In this document: piece after piece, positions 46,063 through 61,373 of the stretch
Layout of the letters: the number at the start of each line of letters is the position of its first letter
Numbering within the stretch: position 1 is the first letter of the stretch
Source of the DNA: Escherichia coli
GTDB lineage: Bacteria > Pseudomonadota > Gammaproteobacteria > Enterobacterales > Enterobacteriaceae
Reading direction: 5' to 3' (one strand)
DNA length: 64,000 bases
Assembly (NCBI RefSeq): GCF_030013205.1
Contig: NZ_CP122648.1
Position numbers and translations under genes: made by a program
The notes under the pieces: generated by a model
Seen by the model: the letters and a program-made list of their open reading frames with translations, nothing else
Database searches by the model: none
Told to the model about the DNA's origin: nothing

Positions 46063-47130
46063 ATGGATAAGAGTAAGCGCCATCTGGCGTGGTGGGTTGT
46101 CGGGTTACTGGCGGTGGCTGCCGTCGTGGCGTGGTGGCTGTTGCGCCCGGCAGGTGTGCCGGAAGGCTTTGCCGTCAGTAATGGGCGCATTGAAGCGACG
46201 GAAGTGGATATCGCCAGCAAAATTGCCGGGCGTATCGATACCATTCTGGTGAAAGAAGGCCAGTTTGTTCGCGAAGGCGAAGTGCTGGCGAAGATGGATA
46301 CTCGCGTGTTGCAGGAGCAGCGACTGGAAGCCATCGCGCAAATCAAAGAAGCGCAAAGCGCCGTTGCTGCTGCGCAGGCTTTGCTGGAGCAACGACAAAG
46401 CGAAACTCGAGCCGCACAGTCGCTGGTCAATCAACGCCAGGCCGAACTGGACTCCGTGGCTAAACGTCATACGCGTTCCCGCTCGCTTGCCCAACGTGGA
46501 GCTATTTCTGCGCAACAGTTGGATGACGACCGCGCCGCCGCTGAGAGCGCCCGAGCTGCGCTGGAATCAGCAAAAGCCCAGGTTTCTGCTTCTAAAGCCG
46601 CTATAGAGGCGGCACGCACCAATATCATTCAGGCGCAAACTCGCGTCGAAGCCGCGCAAGCCACTGAACGGCGCATTGCCGCAGATATCGATGACAGCGA
46701 ACTGAAAGCCCCGCGTGACGGACGCGTGCAGTATCGGGTTGCCGAGCCTGGCGAAGTGCTGGCGGCAGGCGGTCGGGTGCTGAATATGGTCGATCTCAGC
46801 GACGTCTATATGACCTTCTTCCTGCCAACCGAACAGGCGGGCACGCTGAAACTGGGCGGTGAAGCCCGACTGATCCTCGATGCCGCGCCAGATCTGCGTA
46901 TTCCTGCAACCATCAGTTTTGTCGCCAGCGTCGCCCAGTTCACGCCAAAAACCGTCGAAACCAGCGATGAACGGCTGAAACTAATGTTCCGCGTCAAAGC
47001 GCGTATCCCACCGGAATTACTCCAGCAGCATCTGGAATATGTCAAAACCGGTTTGCCGGGCATAGCGTGGGTGCGGGTGAATGAAGAACTTCCGTGGCCT
47101 GACGACCTGGTGGTGAGGTTGCCGCAATGA
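46063..47130 (+). CDS. yhiI: HlyD-family periplasmic adaptor YhiI
   Basis: 355 aa ORF with N-terminal TM helix and coiled coil; stop overlaps the rbbA start. Confidence 0.88.
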   Translation: MDKSKRHLAWWVVGLLAVAAVVAWWLLRPAGVPEGFAVSNGRIEATEVDIASKIAGRIDTILVKEGQFVREGEVLAKMDTRVLQEQRLEAIAQIKEAQSAVAAAQALLEQRQSETRAAQSLVNQRQAELDSVAKRHTRSRSLAQRGAISAQQLDDDRAAAESARAALESAKAQVSASKAAIEAARTNIIQAQTRVEAAQATERRIAADIDDSELKAPRDGRVQYRVAEPGEVLAAGGRVLNMVDLSDVYMTFFLPTEQAGTLKLGGEARLILDAAPDLRIPATISFVASVAQFTPKTVETSDERLKLMFRVKARIPPELLQQHLEYVKTGLPGIAWVRVNEELPWPDDLVVRLPQ

Positions 47131-49862
47131 CGTATCTGGAACTGGTTCCCGTCCCGCCTGTCGCGCAACTGGCGGGCGTGAGCCAGCATTATGGAAAAAC
47201 CGTTGCGCTGAACAATATCACTCTCGATATTCCGGCCCGCTGCATGGTCGGGCTGATTGGCCCGGACGGCGTCGGGAAGTCGAACTTGTTGTCGTTGATT
47301 TCCGGTGCCCGCGTCATTGAGCAGGGCAATGTGATGGTGCTGGGCGGCGATATGCGCGACCCGAAGCATCGCCGTGACGTTTGCCCGCGCATCGCCTGGA
47401 TGCCGCAGGGGCTGGGCAAAAATCTCTACCACACCTTGTCGGTGTATGAAAACGTCGATTTTTTCGCCCGCCTGTTCGGTCACGACAAAGCGGAGCGGGA
47501 AGTGCGAATCAATGAGCTGCTGACCAGCACCGGGTTAGCACCGTTTCGCGATCGTCCGGCAGGGAAACTCTCCGGCGGGATGAAGCAAAAACTTGGGCTG
47601 TGCTGTGCGTTAATCCACGACCCGGAACTGTTGATTCTTGATGAGCCAACAACGGGGGGTGACCCGCTCTCCCGCGCCCAGTTCTGGGATCTGATCGACA
47701 GTATTCGCCAGCGGCAGAGCAATATGAGCGTGCTGGTCGCCACCGCCTATATGGAAGAGGCCGAACGCTTCGACTGGCTGGTAGCGATGAATGCCGGAGA
47801 AGTGCTGGCAACCGGCAGCGCCGAAGAGCTGCGGCAGCAAACGCAAAGCGCCACGCTGGAAGAGGCGTTTATAAATCTGTTACCGCAAGCGCAACGCCAG
47901 GCGCATCAGGCGGTAGTGATCCCACCATATCAACCGGAAAACGCAGAGATTGCCATCGAAGCGCGCGATCTGACCATGCGTTTTGGTTCCTTCGTTGCCG
48001 TTGATCACGTCAATTTCCGCATTCCACGCGGGGAGATTTTTGGTTTTCTTGGTTCGAACGGCTGCGGTAAATCCACCACCATGAAAATGCTTACCGGATT
48101 GCTGCCCGCCAGCGAAGGTGAGGCGTGGCTGTTCGGGCAACCGGTTGATCCAAAAGATATCGATACTCGCCGTCGGGTGGGCTATATGTCGCAGGCGTTT
48201 TCGCTCTATAACGAACTCACCGTGCGGCAAAACCTGGAGTTACATGCCCGTTTGTTTCACATCCCGGAAGCGGAAATTCCCGCGCGAGTGGCTGAAATGA
48301 GCGAGCGTTTTAAGCTCAACGACGTTGAAGATGTTCTGCCGGAGTCATTACCGCTCGGCATTCGCCAGCGGCTTTCGCTGGCGGTGGCGGTGATTCATCG
48401 CCCGGAGATGTTAATCCTCGATGAGCCTACTTCTGGTGTCGATCCGGTGGCGAGGGATATGTTCTGGCAGTTGATGGTCGATCTCTCGCGTCAGGACAAA
48501 GTGACTATCTTCATCTCCACCCACTTTATGAACGAAGCGGAACGTTGCGACCGTATCTCACTGATGCACGCCGGAAAAGTGCTCGCCAGCGGTACACCGC
48601 AGGAACTGGTTGAGAAACGCGGAGCCGCAAGTCTGGAAGAGGCATTTATCGCCTATTTGCAGGAAGCGGCAGGGCAGAGCAACGAAGCCGAAGCGCCGCC
48701 CGTGATACACGACACCACCCACGCGCCGCGTCAGGGATTTAGCCTGCGCCGTCTGTTTAGCTACAGCCGCCGCGAAGCGCTGGAACTGCGACGCGATCCG
48801 GTACGTTCGACGCTGGCGCTGATGGGAACGGTGATCCTGATGCTGATAATGGGTTACGGCATCAGTATGGATGTGGAAAACCTGCGCTTTGCGGTGCTTG
48901 ACCGCGACCAGACCGTCAGTAGCCAGGCGTGGACGCTCAATCTCTCCGGTTCCCGTTACTTTATCGAACAGCCGCCGCTCACCAGTTATGACGAGCTTGA
49001 TCGTCGAATGCGTGCGGGCGATATCACGGTGGCGATTGAGATCCCTCCCAATTTCGGGCGCGATATCGCGCGTGGTACACCCGTGGAACTCGGTGTCTGG
49101 ATCGATGGTGCGATGCCGAGCCGCGCCGAAACGGTAAAAGGCTACGTGCAGGCTATGCACCAGAGCTGGTTACAGGATGTAGCGAGCCGACAATCCACGC
49201 CCGCCAGCCAAAACGGGCTGATGAATATTGAGACGCGCTATCGCTATAACCCGGATGTAAAAAGCCTGCCAGCGATTGTTCCGGCGGTGATCCCGCTTCT
49301 GCTGATGATGATCCCGTCAATGCTAAGCGCTCTTAGCGTGGTGCGGGAAAAAGAGCTAGGGTCGATTATCAACCTTTACGTGACACCCACCACCCGTAGC
49401 GAATTTTTGCTTGGCAAACAGCTGCCGTACATCGCGCTGGGGATGCTGAACTTTTTCCTGCTCTGCGGCCTGTCGGTGTTTGTGTTTGGCGTACCGCATA
49501 AAGGTAGTTTCCTGACGCTCACCCTGGCGGCGCTGCTGTATATCATCATTGCCACCGGAATGGGGCTGCTGATCTCCACCTTTATGAAAAGCCAGATTGC
49601 CGCCATTTTCGGTACGGCGATTATCACGTTGATCCCGGCGACACAGTTTTCCGGGATGATCGATCCGGTAGCTTCGCTGGAAGGTCCAGGACGCTGGATC
49701 GGCGAGGTTTACCCGACCAGTCATTTTCTGACTATCGCCCGCGGGACGTTCTCGAAGGCGCTGGATCTGACTGATTTGTGGCAACTTTTTATCCCGCTGC
49801 TGATAGCCATCCCGCTGGTGATGGGCTTAAGCATCCTGCTGCTGAAAAAACAGGAGGGATGA
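47127..49862 (+). CDS. rbbA: ribosome-associated ATPase RbbA (two ABC ATPase domains fused to an ABC-2 permease)
   Basis: 911 aa ORF with two Walker A motifs ([18 protein letters not shown]) and C-terminal TM helices. Confidence 0.9.
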   Translation: MTYLELVPVPPVAQLAGVSQHYGKTVALNNITLDIPARCMVGLIGPDGVGKSNLLSLISGARVIEQGNVMVLGGDMRDPKHRRDVCPRIAWMPQGLGKNLYHTLSVYENVDFFARLFGHDKAEREVRINELLTSTGLAPFRDRPAGKLSGGMKQKLGLCCALIHDPELLILDEPTTGGDPLSRAQFWDLIDSIRQRQSNMSVLVATAYMEEAERFDWLVAMNAGEVLATGSAEELRQQTQSATLEEAFINLLPQAQRQAHQAVVIPPYQPENAEIAIEARDLTMRFGSFVAVDHVNFRIPRGEIFGFLGSNGCGKSTTMKMLTGLLPASEGEAWLFGQPVDPKDIDTRRRVGYMSQAFSLYNELTVRQNLELHARLFHIPEAEIPARVAEMSERFKLNDVEDVLPESLPLGIRQRLSLAVAVIHRPEMLILDEPTSGVDPVARDMFWQLMVDLSRQDKVTIFISTHFMNEAERCDRISLMHAGKVLASGTPQELVEKRGAASLEEAFIAYLQEAAGQSNEAEAPPVIHDTTHAPRQGFSLRRLFSYSRREALELRRDPVRSTLALMGTVILMLIMGYGISMDVENLRFAVLDRDQTVSSQAWTLNLSGSRYFIEQPPLTSYDELDRRMRAGDITVAIEIPPNFGRDIARGTPVELGVWIDGAMPSRAETVKGYVQAMHQSWLQDVASRQSTPASQNGLMNIETRYRYNPDVKSLPAIVPAVIPLLLMMIPSMLSALSVVREKELGSIINLYVTPTTRSEFLLGKQLPYIALGMLNFFLLCGLSVFVFGVPHKGSFLTLTLAALLYIIIATGMGLLISTFMKSQIAAIFGTAIITLIPATQFSGMIDPVASLEGPGRWIGEVYPTSHFLTIARGTFSKALDLTDLWQLFIPLLIAIPLVMGLSILLLKKQEG

Positions 49863-50986
49863 TGCGCCATTTACGCAATATTTTTAATCTGGGTATCAAA
49901 GAGTTGCGCAGTCTGCTCGGTGATAAAGCGATGCTGACGTTGATTGTTTTCTCGTTTACGGTATCGGTGTATTCGTCAGCGACCGTCACGCCAGGATCGT
50001 TGAACCTCGCGCCGATCGCCATAGCCGATATGGATCAATCGCAGTTGTCGAACCGGATCGTTAACAGCTTCTATCGCCCGTGGTTTTTGCCACCGGAGAT
50101 GATCACCGCCGATGAGATGGATGCCGGACTGGACGCCGGACGCTATACCTTCGCGATAAATATTCCGCCTAATTTTCAGCGTGATGTCCTCGCCGGACGC
50201 CAGCCGGATATTCAGGTGAACGTCGATGCCACGCGCATGAGCCAGGCATTCACTGGCAACGGTTATATCCAGAATATTATCAACGGTGAAGTGAACAGCT
50301 TTGTCGCGCGCTACCGTGATAATAGCGAACCGTTGGTATCGCTGGAAACCCGGATGCGCTTTAACCCGAACCTCGATCCCGCGTGGTTTGGCGGGGTGAT
50401 GGCGATCATCAACAACATTACCATGCTGGCGATTGTGCTGACCGGATCGGCGCTGATCCGCGAGCGCGAACACGGCACGGTGGAACACTTACTGGTGATG
50501 CCGATAACGCCGTTTGAGATCATGATGGCGAAGGTCTGGTCGATGGGGTTGGTGGTGCTGGTGGTGTCGGGATTATCGCTGGTACTGATGGTGAAAGGCG
50601 TGCTGGGCGTACCGATTGAAGGCTCGATCCCGCTGTTTATGCTGGGCGTGGCGCTCAGTCTGTTTGCCACTACGTCGATCGGCATTTTTATGGGGACGAT
50701 AGCGCGTTCAATGCCGCAACTGGGGCTGCTGGTGATTCTGGTGCTGCTACCGCTGCAAATGCTTTCCGGTGGATCCACGCCGCGCGAAAGTATGCCGCAG
50801 ACGGTGCAGGACATTATGCTGACCATGCCGACGACACACTTTGTCAGCCTCGCGCAGGCCATTCTCTACCGTGGTGCCGGATTCGAAATCGTCTGGCCGC
50901 AGTTCCTGACGCTGATGGCAATTGGCGGCGCGTTTTTCACCATCGCACTGCTGAGATTCAGGAAGACAATTGGGACAATGGCGTAA
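49859..50986 (+). CDS. yhhJ: ABC-2 family permease YhhJ
   Basis: About 375 aa from [18 protein letters not shown]; start overlaps the rbbA stop. Confidence 0.85.
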   Translation: MMRHLRNIFNLGIKELRSLLGDKAMLTLIVFSFTVSVYSSATVTPGSLNLAPIAIADMDQSQLSNRIVNSFYRPWFLPPEMITADEMDAGLDAGRYTFAINIPPNFQRDVLAGRQPDIQVNVDATRMSQAFTGNGYIQNIINGEVNSFVARYRDNSEPLVSLETRMRFNPNLDPAWFGGVMAIINNITMLAIVLTGSALIREREHGTVEHLLVMPITPFEIMMAKVWSMGLVVLVVSGLSLVLMVKGVLGVPIEGSIPLFMLGVALSLFATTSIGIFMGTIARSMPQLGLLVILVLLPLQMLSGGSTPRESMPQTVQDIMLTMPTTHFVSLAQAILYRGAGFEIVWPQFLTLMAIGGAFFTIALLRFRKTIGTMA

Positions 50987-51088
50987 TTACAGTTGCCCGA
51001 TGCGTAAGCTTATAGGGTCTACGCATTGGTGCAATTTATTGAATTTTAGTTTTTTTTTAGGCCGGATAAGGCGTTTATGAACTGACCA

Positions 51089-51575
<487 letters not shown>

Positions 51576-51874
51576 TTTGTTCTCCTTAATTATGTAAGGA
51601 GAATTTGATCATGTATAAGCAATAAAAAACAGCTTTAGATAATGAGGAATATCTCAATTTTTAAACATAAAATGTGAATTATTTAGTACAAAAAAGCAGC
51701 GTTACGTAATCTTTCCCTGACTAATATATAGTTAAATGCAATCAACTTATTATTCATCGATGCATTTTATAGAATCATCAATGGCTATAATAGTACTATT
51801 AACTCTCAATTTTATATTTTTATCATCACTACAAATATTAACTGAATTTATATCAATGATTTTTATCTTTTATT

Positions 51875-52189
51875 TTATTTTATTTTATTTGCAGTTTCAA
51901 TGCAATCAGCGGCAAGTTGGTGTGAATTTAGATTTTTCAGATATGGTCTTATGATCTTTCCCTTACTTAATAAATAGCATGTATAGGATTCGTAAAGTCC
52001 AGCATCTATTTTGTACCTCATTATATTAGATAAGGATGTGAGAAATTCCTTGTTATCATTCGCAGTCATATATGCCAGTCCGAGTTCAGCCTCTGCGGCC
52101 TTACAGGAAAAATAGCTAAGTGAACACGCTTTTCGTCCCTCTTTAGTACTGGCTGATATTAGTGCCCATAATATTGCTTTGTCTGCCAA
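51875..52189 (-). CDS. hypothetical small protein downstream of the orphan rhs C-terminal fragment (possible orphan immunity gene; TTG start)
   Basis: 104 aa ORF in AT-rich DNA; assigned on position only. Confidence 0.3.
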   Translation of the reverse strand: MADKAILWALISASTKEGRKACSLSYFSCKAAEAELGLAYMTANDNKEFLTSLSNIMRYKIDAGLYESYTCYLLSKGKIIRPYLKNLNSHQLAADCIETANKIK

Positions 52190-52277
52190 ATCTAACTCTC
52201 TCTGAAATTGTCTTGCAGTAAATGCACTCGCAGAAATAGAGAAAAAAATACAATTGTTAATAACTTTGCCATATTTT

Positions 52278-52870
52278 TTAGTCCGTAACTGTTAATGTGC
52301 TATCTGGCTCTGAAAATATTAACTCATTTAATTTTTGCATGTCATTAGATGAACCAGTTATACAACCCTCGGAACAGAATCGAGGTCCTAAAGACGGACC
52401 GAAAGCGTTTAAATAACTATGTATTGAAAATCCATTACGATTATAATTTCCTGTATTAACTGACGGTACTAATCGTATGCCGTCAGGTTTTCTATTGCTT
52501 GCTCCCGGGTCATTAACATTCCAACTCCACAGGCCTTGAGGTATTGGCCCTCTATTTATAAATGTGTACAACGGGGATTATTTTTACATTGCATATTATT
52601 ACCAGAAGCGACTGGAATACTAAGCACATCATAAAAATTATCATCACCTGGTATATCTGAAACACACGAAAGCATACCTAAAGTTATGCTGTATAAACAT
52701 GTGGCTAATCCCAAGGGGATCGATTCCAGAAATCGGGTTCAACGGATACTGATAAAAATTCCACCTACCTTCCAGCCCAATCGGAGCCTGAGTGTTATAC
52801 CGCCCCTGCTGCGGTTAATGTTACCGATAATAGTTATAGTACAGCCCTGATTCATCATCATACTACTGCT
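52278..52870 (-). pseudogene. orphan Rhs C-terminal fragment: core-end remnant with DPLGL motif plus divergent tip, apparently frameshifted
   Basis: Minus strand translates …[24 protein letters not shown]…; the DNA at 52700-52870 is a diverged copy of the main Rhs core 3' end at 54650-54810. Confidence 0.6.
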
Positions 52871-52895
52871 GCGGCAGTCTGATGAATTATTGCTT

Positions 52896-53363
52896 TTACG
52901 GATTCTCCTTATTCTTCCTTCTATCCATTCGCTTTAGCTTTAGCTTTTTGAGCTCTTGAAATTTGCTCTTTGCATCAATATTACCGTTATTTACAGCGAA
53001 TTCCATCCAATAAATAGCTTTATTCAAATTATAATATTCTGATAATATTGGATTTGTATCCGATAAAAAAACCCCATAATTAAACTGCGCTGTAACATTC
53101 CCCTGAGATGCTGATCTTTCTAAGTATTGCAATTGTTTGTAAATGTTATTTTTAGTAAAGCAGTAATATTGATATAGTCGAAATGATGCCTCTGAATCAC
53201 CATGTTGTGATTTATACTTCAGTTTCATCAACTTTTCTTCACTTAAATCATAGGTCATTGCTGTAGACCCCATCATACTTTCGTTTTGTTTTATTTTCAC
53301 ATCAGCACCATGCAATTGAAAAATAAAAGAGAAATAAAAAAATAGTAACAAGCATGCTTTCAT
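52896..53363 (-). CDS. signal-peptide-bearing Sel1-like repeat protein; candidate immunity protein for the Rhs C-terminal toxin
   Basis: 155 aa ORF; N-terminal MKACLLLFFYFSFIFQLHG looks like a signal peptide; Sel1-like segments (SASQGNVTAQFNYGVFL, AIYWMEFAVNNGNIDAK); starts 9 nt after the reconstructed Rhs stop. Confidence 0.5.
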   Translation of the reverse strand: MKACLLLFFYFSFIFQLHGADVKIKQNESMMGSTAMTYDLSEEKLMKLKYKSQHGDSEASFRLYQYYCFTKNNIYKQLQYLERSASQGNVTAQFNYGVFLSDTNPILSEYYNLNKAIYWMEFAVNNGNIDAKSKFQELKKLKLKRMDRRKNKENP

Positions 53364-53478
53364 ACATCTACAACCTATCTTATATCACTGGGTTTTTCTG
53401 GCGTACCTTGCATATTAGAAATGGGGTGCCCAGATGGCCCATATGTTATCCAATTACCAAGGTCTTTTGTTGTTATAG

Positions 53479-54246
53479 GGTAATGACTCCAACTTACTGA
53501 TAGTGTTTTATGTTCAGATAATGCCCGATGACCTTGTCATGCAGCTCCACCGATTTTGAGAACGACAGTGACTTCCGTCCCAGCCTTGCCAGATGTTGTC
53601 TCAGATTCAGGTTATGCCGCTCAATGCGCTGAGTATAACGCTTGCTGATAACGTGCAGCTTTCCCTTCAGGCGTGATTCATACAGCGGCCAGCCATCCGT
53701 CATCCATACCACGACCTCAAAGGCCGACAGCAGGCTCAGAAGACGCTCCAGTGTGGCCAGAGTGCGTTCACCGAAGACGTGCGCCACAACCGTCCTCCGC
53801 ATCCTGTCATACGCGTAAAACAGCCAGCGCTGACGTGATTTAGCACCGACGTAGCCCCACTGTTCGTCCATTTCAGCGCAGACAATCACATCACTGCCCG
53901 GTTGTATGCGCGAGGTTACCGACTGCGGCCTGAGTTTTTTAAGTGGCGGAAAATCGTGTTGAGGCCAACGCCAATAATGCGTGCACTGGCGCGACATCCG
54001 ACGCCATTCATGGCCATATCAATGATTTTCTGGTGCGTACCGGGCTGAGAGGCGGCGTAAGTGAACTGTAGTTGCCATGTTTTACGGCAGTGAGAGCAGA
54101 GATAGCGCTGATGTCCGGCGGTGCTTTTGCCGTTACGCACCACCCCGTCAGTAGCTGAACAGGAGGGACAGCTGATAGAAACAGAAGCCACTGGAGCACC
54201 TCAAAAACACCATCATACACTAAATCAGTAAGTTGGCAGCATCACC
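53479..54246 (-). mobile_element. insAB: IS1 insertion sequence, 768 bp, with insA (53916-54191) and insB (53494-53997), flanked by an 8-bp target-site duplication tgttatag
   Basis: InsA ([30 protein letters not shown]…) and InsB translations; terminal repeats ggtaatgactccaacttactgat and ggtgatgctgccaacttactgat; direct repeat tgttatag at 53471-53478 and 54247-54254. Confidence 0.9.
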
Positions 54247-57200
54247 TGTTATAGCCATTAGATCCTTATTTGAATTAAGGTTCGTTGGTGCTGTTAGCAC
54301 TGTATCCATTTTTAACTTACCATTAGTTCCTCGCCCCCACCACGTCCATAGCGTGTCAGGTCCTATTACATTTGTATGTAACTCTTTAGCTAATTGGCTA
54401 GCAAATGAATTTTGTCCTTTACCTGTATTACAAGAAAATAACCAAACTGTCATCCCATCTTTATAATTCCCATCAAATTTAATTAGATATGCTAGATCTT
54501 TAGCTGTCATGATACTGCGCGTTGCGGATTCAATAGATGTGGGGGTACCATGCCCCCCGATTGTGAAAACGCCTGGGATATTAATCTCATCAGCTACAGA
54601 ATGGATAAGATCACTTTCGGGGTATAAATTTATATCAACCAAACCTTGCGGATCTACATTTATGACCGGATTCAACGGATACTGATAAAAATTCCATCCC
54701 CCCTTCAGCCCAATCGGATCCTGAGTGATATACCGCCCCTGCAGCGGGTCATAATAGCGGTGGCGGTTGTAATACAGGCCGGACTCCTCATCATACTGCT
54801 GACCCGGCAGGCGGATGAGCTGCTGCAGCTGGTGCGGGTTCTCTTCATTCAGCAGGTTGCCCCACTCATCGTATTCTGCGTACCACGCTGTTGCCCCTTC
54901 CGTGCTGACAAGCGCCAGCGGCAGGCCGCGATGGTCGCAGTGGTACAGGTGGATTTTTCGCGCCGGCGTGTACACCGGGTCCATCTGGTTTTGTATCTGC
55001 TCCACCGTCAGGCCGCACGATGCCAGCCAGCGGCGGCTTTCCTCACTCACCCGGTCAGCCAGGATTTCACTTTCCAGCCGGTCGAGCATCTGCACCAGCA
55101 CCGGCGGGAACACCATACTGCCACCGTCTTCACCGCCGGACTGCTGAAGGGCATCCGCCAGGCTGCGGCGCTGCGTTTTCGCCAGCTCACCGGTGGCGGT
55201 TTCGACCCTGATGAGTGGCGTGAAGCTCCCCGGCTGATAAACCGTCTGGATGCGGGTTCTGTCGTTCTGTATCGTGGTCAGCCGGTCGCCGTCCCAGCCG
55301 TACCAGGTCACTTCCGGTTTCCGTGACAGCGACATCCAGCCCGTCAGGTCCCGTTCACGCCGCCACACCCGTTTTGCCACCCTGCGGCCCAGCGGGTTTC
55401 AACCAGCGGCTCTGCATATTGTGTCCGCGTGTAGTGCACCAGCCGGTGCCGGCTGTCGTAATGGTACCGGTGAGTCCGCTCATCATCCGTGCGGATAACC
55501 CCTTCCGGGATGAGGTCGGTTTTCTCCGTCAGCCTGCCGTGACGGTCATACCGGTAAAGATAGTGCGCGTCACGGGCGATACGGTTATCCGGCCACATGC
55601 TGAGGGTGCTGTCCGGGTGCAGCTCCGGGTCGGGCAGGCGGTTGCCCGCCGGGTCCGTGGCATACGGGATGCGGATATCCAGATTCGCTGCGGTGGTGTG
55701 GACGCCGGTCAGCCTGCCGGTGTCGCTGTAGCTGTAACTCCGGGTCTGGCGCGGGCTGCTGATGCGGATGAGTTCGCCGTTGTCGTTCCAGGTGTAATCG
55801 CGGTCATACTGCAGGCTGTTCAGGTGCTGGCTCTGTAACTGCCCGGCAGGGGTGTAAGCGGTGGTGAGTTCATAACGGCCGAAGCTGCGCAGCGTTTCCC
55901 GGTGCAGGCGGTCGCGGGTGTACTCCACCAGCGGTGTGTCGCCGAGTTTCATGCCTGACAGCCAGCCGCTGCCGTAGGTCAGCCATTCCACGGCGGGCAG
56001 GCTGTCCGGTATACAGCGGTTCGCCAGTCCCTGCGTGTTGTAAGCGTGTCTGGTTTCATGCTGCCAGAGCAGTGCTTCCGTCTGCGGATGATGCACCGTC
56101 TGGCGCTCACCGGTCAGGCGGCCTTTCTCATCATACCCGTAATGCACCGTCACCCGGTGGCCTTCGCTGAGATGGCTGATGCCTGTCAGCCAGCCGCGTT
56201 CGTCATACTGCCACTGCTCTGCAGGTTCACCCTTCACGGTGCGGTGAGTGAGGCGGTCTGCTTCGTCATAGTGCCAGTGGGTGACCAGCCCCTCATCCTC
56301 GCTGCGGATAAGTTTACCGGTCAGGTCGTGGTGATAACGCTGTGTGCGGCCGTCAAAGCCGGTTTCCTGTATCAGCCGGTCGAGTACATCGTAACGGAAG
56401 GTGGTGTGGCTGCCGTTTTCACTGGTCAGGCGGATGACCCGTCCGGCAGCATCGTATTCCATACTGCGCGTCAGACCGCCCTGTGTGGTACGGATGGCCT
56501 TTCCCCACGCATCGTACTGTGTCCCGTTTCTGCTGCCGTCCGGGGCAATGACGGCGGTCAGGTCACCGGCGGCGTTGTATTCATACCGCGTTTCATGGCC
56601 CTGCGTGTCTTTCACCGCAATTAACTGTCCACGGCTGTCGTATGCGCGGTACTGACTCAGCCCTTCCTCGCGGTGCACCGCCGTCACCTGACCAAAACGG
56701 TCATGGTCATAACGGGTTACATAACCGGAACAGTCAGTGACGGTCAGCAACTGACCGTAACGGCTCCATGTCATGGTTTTCCGGCTGCCGGTGGCATCTT
56801 CCGTTGCGCAGGGTAAGTCACTGTGTGGATTATCATAACGGTAGCGGGTGATATCGCCGTTGTGTGCGGTTTCCTGAATCAGACGGCCGGATTCATCATA
56901 TTTGCGGCGCAACTCCAGCCCGTCAGTCCCGGTGGCTGACGTTAACTGGTTGTGGTGGTTATAGTAAAATGCCGATGCCCTGCCATCCGGTGTGGTGATG
57001 CGCGTGATGAGTCCCGTCACCACATCCGGGCTGTACTCAGTCGTCCGGCCTGCGGCATCCGTCTGTGCCTTAAGCCCGCCCACCGCGTCAAACTGACTCT
57101 GCGTGACGCTGCCGTCCGCGTGTTCCTTTTTCACCACCCGCTTCAGCCCGCCTTCGCCCTGCGTGTGCAGCACTTCACGGCGGTCCAGACTGTCGGTGAT

Positions 57201-58364
57201 GGTGATGCGGTCTTTCTCATACTGATACGTGTAGCTTAAGCCTGCCGGGTTTAGCTGTTCTGTCACCCGCCCGTCGCTGTCGTAACGGTAACGGATTTCC
57301 GGCCGGCCCGTGTGACGGTGCGCCACCATCCGGCCCCGGTATTTATCATCGTAAGTAAAGCTGCGCACCTGTGTATTGCTGCGGTCATACACCGCCGCCA
57401 GTTCGCCGCGTGGCGTCCAGCCATAGCGCACCAGCGGCGCGGCAGGTAAATTCTCCGGGTATTCCGGGTCGTGCGTCAGCCACACGGCAGACAGACGGAT
57501 GCCGTTGTCCCGGCCATATTCGGTGTAACCCGGCAGGGTATCAGGAAAAGCGGACGGTTCCGTCCCGCCGGAAGAGGCCTGCTGCCGGGCTTCTTCTGCC
57601 CGCTGCGCCTGCGTGGTCAGTACCAGCCGGAAGTGACGCCCGGCACCATCCGTCACGCCGGTGATTTCGCCGCTGAATTCGCCGCCAGCCTCACGGTGAA
57701 ACGTCTGTGTGCGCCCGAAGCGGTCCACCAGCCCGGTCAGTACCCGGTACGGCGGCAGCGGCGCGGGCAGCACCTCATCCGCTTCCGGCACCCGCTCACA
57801 CCAGCCGAGCAGCCACCACGGCCCCTGCGGACTGTTTGTCGCCAGATAACGATGCGGACTTAAGCGGAGTTCTTCCGGCAGCGCCTGCCAGAGTGCGGCC
57901 AGCCGGTGACCTTCATCCAGTTTCAGGACACCGCCACGCACCAGCCAGAGTGATTCGCTGCGGCTGTAACCGTCCTCACCGGGAAACAGGTGCTCAAAAT
58001 ACAGGCTTCTGCCGCCGTTATCACTGAGTATCAGTGTGTTATCGCGCAGCTGTAAGCGGATATCCGCAGGCATTTTCCAGCCGGGGCCTAGGCTTCCCAC
58101 CGGCGCGGGCGTTTTTGTCCGGTAACTGCTGTAGGTGCGGGAGAGGATGAACGGCAGCGGGCCGGGCAGTGCAAGGTCTGTCTCGCCGGGAAGGACCTTC
58201 GCACCGAGCAGCGGATTGACCGGATGGCCGGACGTCACCCCGCCGGGGCACACCGAACAGGCCACGCCGGTGGGGGCACCAATACGTACCCCGGCTGAAC
58301 CCTGGACAATGCTACCGCCATACTGCGTCATGTCGCCCTGACGCGCCGCCGGTTTTCCGCTCAT
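54247..58364 (-). pseudogene. rhs: Rhs-family YD-repeat protein, disrupted twice: frame switch near 55391-55400 and IS1 insertion into the C-terminal tip
   Basis: N-terminus [44 protein letters not shown] repeats; frame A stops at 55344 while frame B carries [17 protein letters not shown]…DPQGL and the tip; the last 8 codons of the tip ORF are IS1 terminal-repeat sequence. Confidence 0.85.
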
Positions 58365-58566
58365 CGTAAAATCCTTTTCTATTATTTTAATGACAGTATC
58401 TTCATACGAAAAAGCGAAGAAAAACTTGTGGTCACAATGAATTGAAGATTTTTAGGAATATATTTAGAACGTTACAAAAGAGAAGGTTCGGATAGGGTAT
58501 TTAGAGAGGAATCAGGTGTGCTAGTGGCCCTTTGTTGATCGTTCACCAAAGGACCCAATAATAGGC

Positions 58567-61369
<2,803 letters not shown>

Positions 61370-61373
<4 letters not shown>

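Noticed and set aside
51736-51954. 72 aa plus-strand ORF in AT-rich DNA containing a (ttta/tttta) simple repeat
   Set aside because: Low-complexity AT-rich sequence translating to a run of Ile/Phe/Leu; most likely non-coding spacer within the Rhs-associated region.
55323-58027. Several long plus-strand ORFs (55323-55838, 56046-56624, 57471-57863, 57707-58027 and others) inside the Rhs gene
   Set aside because: They are antisense to a clearly conserved Rhs coding frame in GC-rich repeat DNA, where long open frames arise by chance; their translations have no recognisable features.
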